Source of the DNA: Octopus vulgaris
Taxonomy: Eukaryota
Reading direction: 5' to 3'
DNA: 64,000 nt
NCBI GenBank assembly: GCA_951406725.2
Contig: OX597814.1
Span: 91,822,001 to 91,886,000, forward strand
Positions 57,606-64,000 of the stretch are shown piece after piece; the stretch's first letter is position 1, and every line of letters begins with the position of its first letter. Made by a program: the position numbers and the translations under genes. The notes under the pieces are model-generated. The model ran no database searches, was not told the origin of the DNA, and saw nothing but the letters and a program-made list of their open reading frames with translations.

Positions 57606-57610
<5 letters not shown>
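57361..57610. mobile_element. Second member of the 6025-6565 fold-back family, with short arms
   Basis: Arms ~57362-57399 and ~57417-57455; 57410-57605 is the diverged reverse complement of ~6025-6230. Confidence 0.75.
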
Positions 57611-57650
<40 letters not shown>

Positions 57651-57654
57651 AACT

Positions 57655-58090
57655 TAAACTTAGATATATTTCGACCAAAGATTGGTCCAGGCCTTGTCTA
57701 ACTTAATAGCACCACCTGATATGATTATTCGAATCCTGTTTAAGTCAAGTTTTGTTTATGGTCCATTCAAGTAGTGAGTTCTTGTTGGGTGAGTTGTATC
57801 CAATTATGGGTGGCTTATCTGGTATTCTTTGAAGGAATCTATCCAGACTCCGTTTAAAGTTGATGGGATCCTTTTCCTCTTTGATCTCCCTCGGGACAAT
57901 GTTAAACAGGGCAGGGCCTGTTGAGGAAAAGAAATTATGTTGCAGTGTACATGTATGTTGTGATCTTGAATTGGGCAGGGGACGTATGGCCCGTGGTCCC
58001 AGTCTTGGATGAACCTTGAAGCTAATGTTAAGGTCGTTTGGGCAAAGTTGGTGGTATATTCTCCAAATATATGACGTACCGCTCACGGTA
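57655..58090 (-). mobile_element. CR1/L2-group LINE 3' end
   Basis: RERY / YIWRIYHQLCPN..HPRLG..FSSTGPALFNIVPREIK..FKRSLDRFLQRIPDKPPIIGY..NSLLEW, typical C-terminus of CR1/L2-group ORF2; then 3' UTR. Confidence 0.8.
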
Positions 58091-58095
58091 TATAA

Positions 58096-58216
<121 letters not shown>

Positions 58217-59164
58217 CAGACACACACGTACATATACATATATGTAAGCATGAGTTTGTGTGTGTGGGGGAAACATACATATGCAATTAGTTGCCTGTGT
58301 CTATGTGAAAATAAAGCATCAATCAAATCAGTAAATTGTTCTCATTGTGTGAGAACTGTCAACGTAAATATTGCTGAAAGAATGTACTCCTTACGTTTTG
58401 GAAAGTGGCAAGGCAGCATCAGTTCTCTTCTATAATCCGTAGTTTTTTTCGTCATATAAGTGTATTGATATTCCACTTCGCATGACATAGGAAACTTCTA
58501 TAAATTATTATATTGGGATACTAGTATATCCTTTCAGAGAGCTGTAGCGAAATTTTCTTTCATATTCAATCTATGGATTTAAAGAAGGAATGACATAATG
58601 AATAATAATGTAGTTCTGTGAATAAATCCGGTAACGCAATGGGAATTTTCATAACTAATTTCTACGTGCAATGGTTAGAACCGGAATTAAATACCAAAGA
58701 TTGCAATACAGCAACATCAAACGCACTTCATTCTTTGTTAGTCAAACCGACTCCCGTCTCATGCTTTTAACGTCATTCTATAAGACACTTTAACTAAATA
58801 ACATAAACCAGCACTCGATATAATAAATACATCATGTAGATATATCGGTTCCTCAATTCTTTTCCTGCGAATATATCCAGTTTCGGATATAGTTACGAAG
58901 AATTTTATTCTCCAATACGATATAAAACTTTCTTTGTACCTACCGCACTTATTTTACATACATCCCTCAGTATTTCTCGTTTGATTTTCTGTTCTTGTTA
59001 TTTTCACTGCTTATACACTTCTTTGTGACCCCATATAGTATTATATTATGTTATCCTGCACAATTTTTGATCGTTTATTCCAAACCTGGTGGTTCATAGA
59101 GAAAACGTTATTATTACTTCTCTTATTTTTGTTGGTTTTGACGATGATGTTATTGCTTGACAAG

Positions 59165-60020
59165 GAGGCGACTTCGCTGAATAGTTAGCATGCCGGGCGA
59201 AATGCTTAACCGTATTTCGTCTGTCTTTACGTTCTGAGTTCAAATGACGCCAGGGTCGACTTTGCCTTTCATCCTTTCGGGGTCGATAAATTAAGTACCA
59301 GTTACACACCGGGGTTGATGTACTCTACTGGTCTCCTCCCTCAAAATTTCAGGCTTTCTACCTCTAGTGGAAAAGATTATTGTTTGACAACAATACCATC
59401 ATCATTATATTTCATATTTTTAACGCGGCGAGCTGGCAGAATTGTATGCGTGCCGTGCAAAATGCTTAGAGTCATTTCGTTGTCATGTCGTTCTGATTTC
59501 AAATTCCGCCGAGTTCAACTTTACCTTTCATCCTCTCGGGGTCGATAGATTAGGCACAATTGAAACACTGCGGTCGATTTAATCGACTGGTACCCTCCCC
59601 TTAAACGTCAGGCAACATATATTATATTGTTGGTGGTGGTATTATAGTGGTCTTGTTCAGTTAGCGAGCTGGCAGAATCGTTAGTACACTGACCATCCTG
59701 CTTAGCAGTATTTCGCCCGTCTTTATGTTCCTAGTTCAAATTCTGGAGATGTCGACTTTGGCTTTCGTTCTTTCGGGCTTGATAATATAAATAACTGTTG
59801 AACACTGAGGTCGATGTCATTCACTACACCCCTCCTTGAACATTTCAGATCTTATGACTATAGAAGAAAGAATTATTAAGGCAATCGTCCGCTAGAGTCG
59901 TTAATACGTGGGTCAAAATGATTAGCGGCATTTCTTCCGATTTATTTTGTTGTGAGTTCAAATTCCGTTGAAGTTGACTTTGCCTTTCAATCATTCGGAA
60001 TACATAAGTACCAGTTGTAC
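59165..60020 (+). mobile_element. Cluster of four same-orientation SINE family B copies
   Basis: Copies at ~59165-59377, 59424-59613, 59663-59842 and 59880-60020, each with gttcaaattc..gtcgactttgcctttc-like cores. Confidence 0.8.
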
Positions 60021-60993
60021 CGATACAGCTTGTTATCATGTGATACTATCAAACTGGTGAAGAGCAGAGTCAAATATCTCAAGGCTTCTAACCCAATTCT
60101 CTAACAGTTCCGCCATATAATCGCCCCTGGATTAGTCCTTTTTCGTTGAGTCTAAAGTATGAAGATGTACTCTAACACGCTGACACTTCATCGGTTTTAT
60201 AGCCATTAGTATGAACTTCCAAACACCTACATACAAACACACATACTCTGTTTATTTCAATTTCTACTCTATCCTCAAAATACAGACGTGTAGACATCCC
60301 CCGGCAATCTTCAATAATGTACAGGAATAGATTCTTTAAAATGTTCTCTAACGATTTTTCAATAAGAAAAAATCACGCTGAGAAACCTGTTATTTTCTCA
60401 ACATGCTTCCCACTGAACAGTATCATATATTCAATCTTTCAAGATCGCAACAAATACATGTTTGCGTTTACACTTTTAAATAAGATCTAAAATCTTCAAC
60501 ACGTGGCTCAGGCTTTCTCTTTTTAATCGTACGATTTTATTGGTCACTTGCTTTCTGTAATAATTGAACATGGTCTGTTTTATTTCTGACAACGTTTTAT
60601 TTCTGAAACAAATATTACAGGCATCCCCCACATACACACACTAAATAAACATAGACGCACATAGAGAAATAAGCATGCGCAAATGAAGACATACAATAGA
60701 AATACAAAATGGCTGACGGTTAGTAAGGAGAGACACAAATAAGAAAGAAGAAAACAAAGGACCACTGATGCGGTCACAGGAGTGTGACGAAAGAACTCTG
60801 GCCGAAATAAGATTAAGATTAATGTAAAAAATAAATAACACTGAAGCAAATAACATCAAATATATAGTGCGTGTGTTTTTATTGGCTAAACTGGCAATAT
60901 GACCATTCCGAAATATAACAATATCTGTTTCAACACACGACTTCACATAAAAAATCTTGCACAATAAATATTTAAACGTACCTTATTTATAAG

Positions 60994-61052
<59 letters not shown>

Positions 61053-62400
61053 TGACACTATATAAAAGAACGTGAAATTCACGAATTGACGAAAACGGAA
61101 AACAGACAGTCATTCAGAGCCTTCATTTTTCAGTCAGAAACCGATTCATCATGGCAAATTTCGGCTGTTTAATTCTGAGATTTGCTCCAAAACGGCCAGC
61201 CCCAAGAAAAAGCTAAGCTATGGGCATTAGATTTCCTTGGTAGAAGGAAAGAATGTGACAACAGATACGAATAGGAAAACAAGAGACGAAGATAAAATTG
61301 GAAACAGTAACGAATAAAAACAGGAATGGCACTGGGCGTCTTACGACTTTGAGACAAAATGGGACAAAAACAATTGATCAGCAAGCGTGGGAAGTAATTA
61401 CCTTTTCGGTAGAGATGACACGTGTAGTACAGGCGGCTGTCACCAATGGAATGGCTAAGTAGCAGCAGGTTGCAAGAAGGTGAGAGAGAAAGAGAGACAG
61501 AGAGAGAGGGGATTAAGGAGGGCCGAGAACAGAAACAATGACCAAGAGAGAGAGAAAGAAAGAATTAAAGAGGATGAGAGGAAGAGGCGCTAAAATAACT
61601 TGGTAAAGAGGCGCCAAAATACCTTGGGGAAGAAGCAATGGCGAATGGGAAATATATACATACATACATACACTGCGATTATGTACGACAATATAGAACT
61701 GTGTATATCTGTTGACATTTAATGAACAGTGTATGTAATGAGAATAATCTGTTCCATTAGCGAATGGGTACTTTTTTCAACGAAAGATTGATTACTATAA
61801 TATAACATATTTTGATACGGTAGTAGTTGAATAATATTCTTAAGGCCGCAGTTTACTCACACGCTGCATCTTTCAGAGTTTGACGCTAATTCAAGTCTTA
61901 ACCAAATTGAACACTCCTAACAGGTTTGAAGAGATGGTCCTTAGCTACATTTTCGCAAAAGAATTTAGGATTTGATCCAGGTGAAAAAGGTTTACATCAA
62001 AATGTGTAGCAATGTTATATGAGAGTTAGTAACGCCTCCAGTTAGGTTTCTATCTAAATAACTTTTTTTTATTTTAAAAGCAAAATATATTTATCTTTGC
62101 ATCAAAGATAGAAGAAAGCATGAAGAATTTCATAGTTTGGTTCCATGCAACAAAAATTTGTATCAAAAGAGTTGTTAGGTAAAATAATATGAAATATAAG
62201 GCAAAACATTGGATTTAAGAACAATTAACTTTTTCTTTATTTAAAAAACAAACTATACTTTAATTAAGTTTAGTGATAGAGCTCAATTCGAGGAACATTA
62301 TTGTATCACTCTCATGCTATGAAGTTTTAAAAGAAAAAAGTTATGAGTGTTGTTTTTCACATGATTATTTAGCATAATAGCATAGCCTGGGAAAACATGG

Positions 62401-63261
62401 ATTACATGGGAGAATGTGAGCAAGAGAAATAATATTCTTAAGATTATGAACCTGGAAAGTACAGGACATGTTATTACACTCGGAAAAGTTCAGGATAAGT
62501 TATTATATCTGCTAAAGTACAGAACAAGGCAATTTTTATTTAAAATATTGCAACTAAGGATAAAATTTGAATACCAAAAATTAATTCATTTTTATTTACA
62601 AAGTAACTTTATAATTAATTTTGTTAAAATATTGACACACTAGAATACTTAAAGAATAAAGCCAGAAGTACCAACATAGCTAAATTTTCATGCAAAGTAG
62701 AATAGTATACATTGTAGGCAAATTCAATATGTAAAAAATAGGCATTGGGTCAAGACTAAAAATGTGAAGATTTGGCAATAGCTTAGGCAATAACTCAAGC
62801 AAATCTTACTGTTAATTTATTGTTACAGGTAGATTTTACTGTAATATATAGCTAATTTTTTAATCATTCTTTTTATTGTAATAATTAATTATGTACTACT
62901 ATTATTTTTTATAACCTATTTTCAATTTTCTAATTATTAATTAATAATTAAAAAAATGAATTTTTTTAAGTGCAATATATATTTTGACTTTTTTTTATTT
63001 TGAATCGAAGTAACAAGTAATGACAAAGAGAAGTAATAACTTGTAATTTTTTTTTTTGAATAAAAGTAATATTTTCTAAATCTAAATATTTATTGTGATA
63101 TGTTATCCTTAGCTGCAATATTTTAAGTAAAATTTTCTTTTTCTCTACATTACCAGATGTAATCACTTGTCCTGAACTTTTATAAGGGTAATAACTTGTC
63201 CTGTACTTTTCCAGGTTTATCATCTTAAGAATATTATTTCTCTTGCTCGCATTTTTCCATG

Positions 63262-63265
<4 letters not shown>
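62401..63265. mobile_element. Fold-back/MITE-like element with ~170-bp diverged inverted arms
   Basis: 62401-62573 versus 63103-63265 (gagcaagagaaataatattcttaagat..aacctggaaagtacaggaca); arms contain aaagt(a/t)cagga(c/t)a(a/t)gttatta subrepeats. Confidence 0.7.
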
Positions 63266-63324
<59 letters not shown>

Positions 63325-63562
63325 ATTGCTATTATGCATACGTGTCGTAAGTCCAAATCGTTGCTTTTTCAGAAAACGAAAAGATAGTTTCACTATTGCA
63401 TAGCAAAGCCGTTGTACTACACTTGGACAAATTTTGGTATGAGAAAGCAGCTAGAGATACGATTGTTTGAACAAAAGAACCGGTTATTGCACGCAAAAAT
63501 AGAATTAAAAAAAACGCATTTGGCCAAATTTTAACATGGGACAGTCTAACATAATAGCAACG

Positions 63563-63660
<98 letters not shown>

Positions 63661-63780
63661 TTGCATATATATATATTGATAGAAATGGTAAGATAACAAA
63701 AGAATGAAAACGACCTCTATATTATTTAAAAAGAGGAATTTATCTGTAAATATAATATGTGACTGTTATTCGGTAGCCAT

Positions 63781-63842
63781 GAGAAAACTCCGAGTTTCGG
63801 AATGTCGCGGCGGAAACCCACGCCACCATCGTTTCAGTTATC
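63781..63842 (-). ncRNA. Degenerate hammerhead-like motif
   Basis: Reverse complement gataa-CTGAAACGA-tgg..cc-GAAA-ctc-g-gag-TT-ttctc; core has 2 extra nt. Confidence 0.35.
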
Positions 63843-63876
63843 GAGCCATCGAAAAAAGTACACACACATACATATA

Positions 63877-64000
63877 CAAGTGGTTACGGAAGCATTCCTG
63901 GCCTTAGGGGTGTCGCAAAAGGCCTTCCGACTGCTTATACAGGGCTAAGAAAAACTGAAGGACCACTACAATAAGTGCGTGAATCTCAGAGGGGAATTTG
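63877..64000 (+). mobile_element. Partial copy of the mariner MITE family at 35364-35580
   Basis: agaaaaactgaaggaccactacaataagtgcgtgaatct matches ~35451-35489; cut by the window end. Confidence 0.7.

Noticed and set aside
61150-61215. - strand ggctg..cagcc-GAAA stem resembling hammerhead stem II
   Set aside because: No CUGANGA-like core upstream and no UH/stem I match.
63322-63567. Possible MITE between (TA)n tracts with ttgctattatg inverted ends
   Set aside because: Only ~11 bp of clean terminal match; insufficient to call.

Overview
AT-rich, microsatellite-dense eukaryotic DNA with no host protein-coding gene that I can support. The SINE families and repeat landscape resemble those I recall from octopus genomes; this is an inference with no database check. 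Nearly all long ORFs in the track are microsatellite artefacts. Real coding remnants are all transposon-derived: an open 382-aa C-terminal R4/Dong-type non-LTR ORF sitting in (TAA)n next to a second Dong-like tail; a Penelope-like element (PLE; RT + GIY-YIG) remnant between long inverted arms; a Tc1 element containing a piggyBac that itself contains a SINE; and RTE, L1/Tx1, CR1/L2-like and mariner fragments. There are about 18 tRNA-derived SINE copies and a ~640-bp tandem triplication. The most notable signal is a recurring architecture: at least seven apparently unrelated fold-back (inverted-repeat) elements whose arms carry type-I hammerhead ribozyme (HHR) motifs pointing outward, plus three solo HHR-like motifs. 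These include canonical cores (56182-56232/56358-56407, 12570-12670), versions with very long stem II inserts, and a candidate U3-A8 core variant tied directly to the PLE ORF. All coordinates were read by eye and may be off by a few bases.
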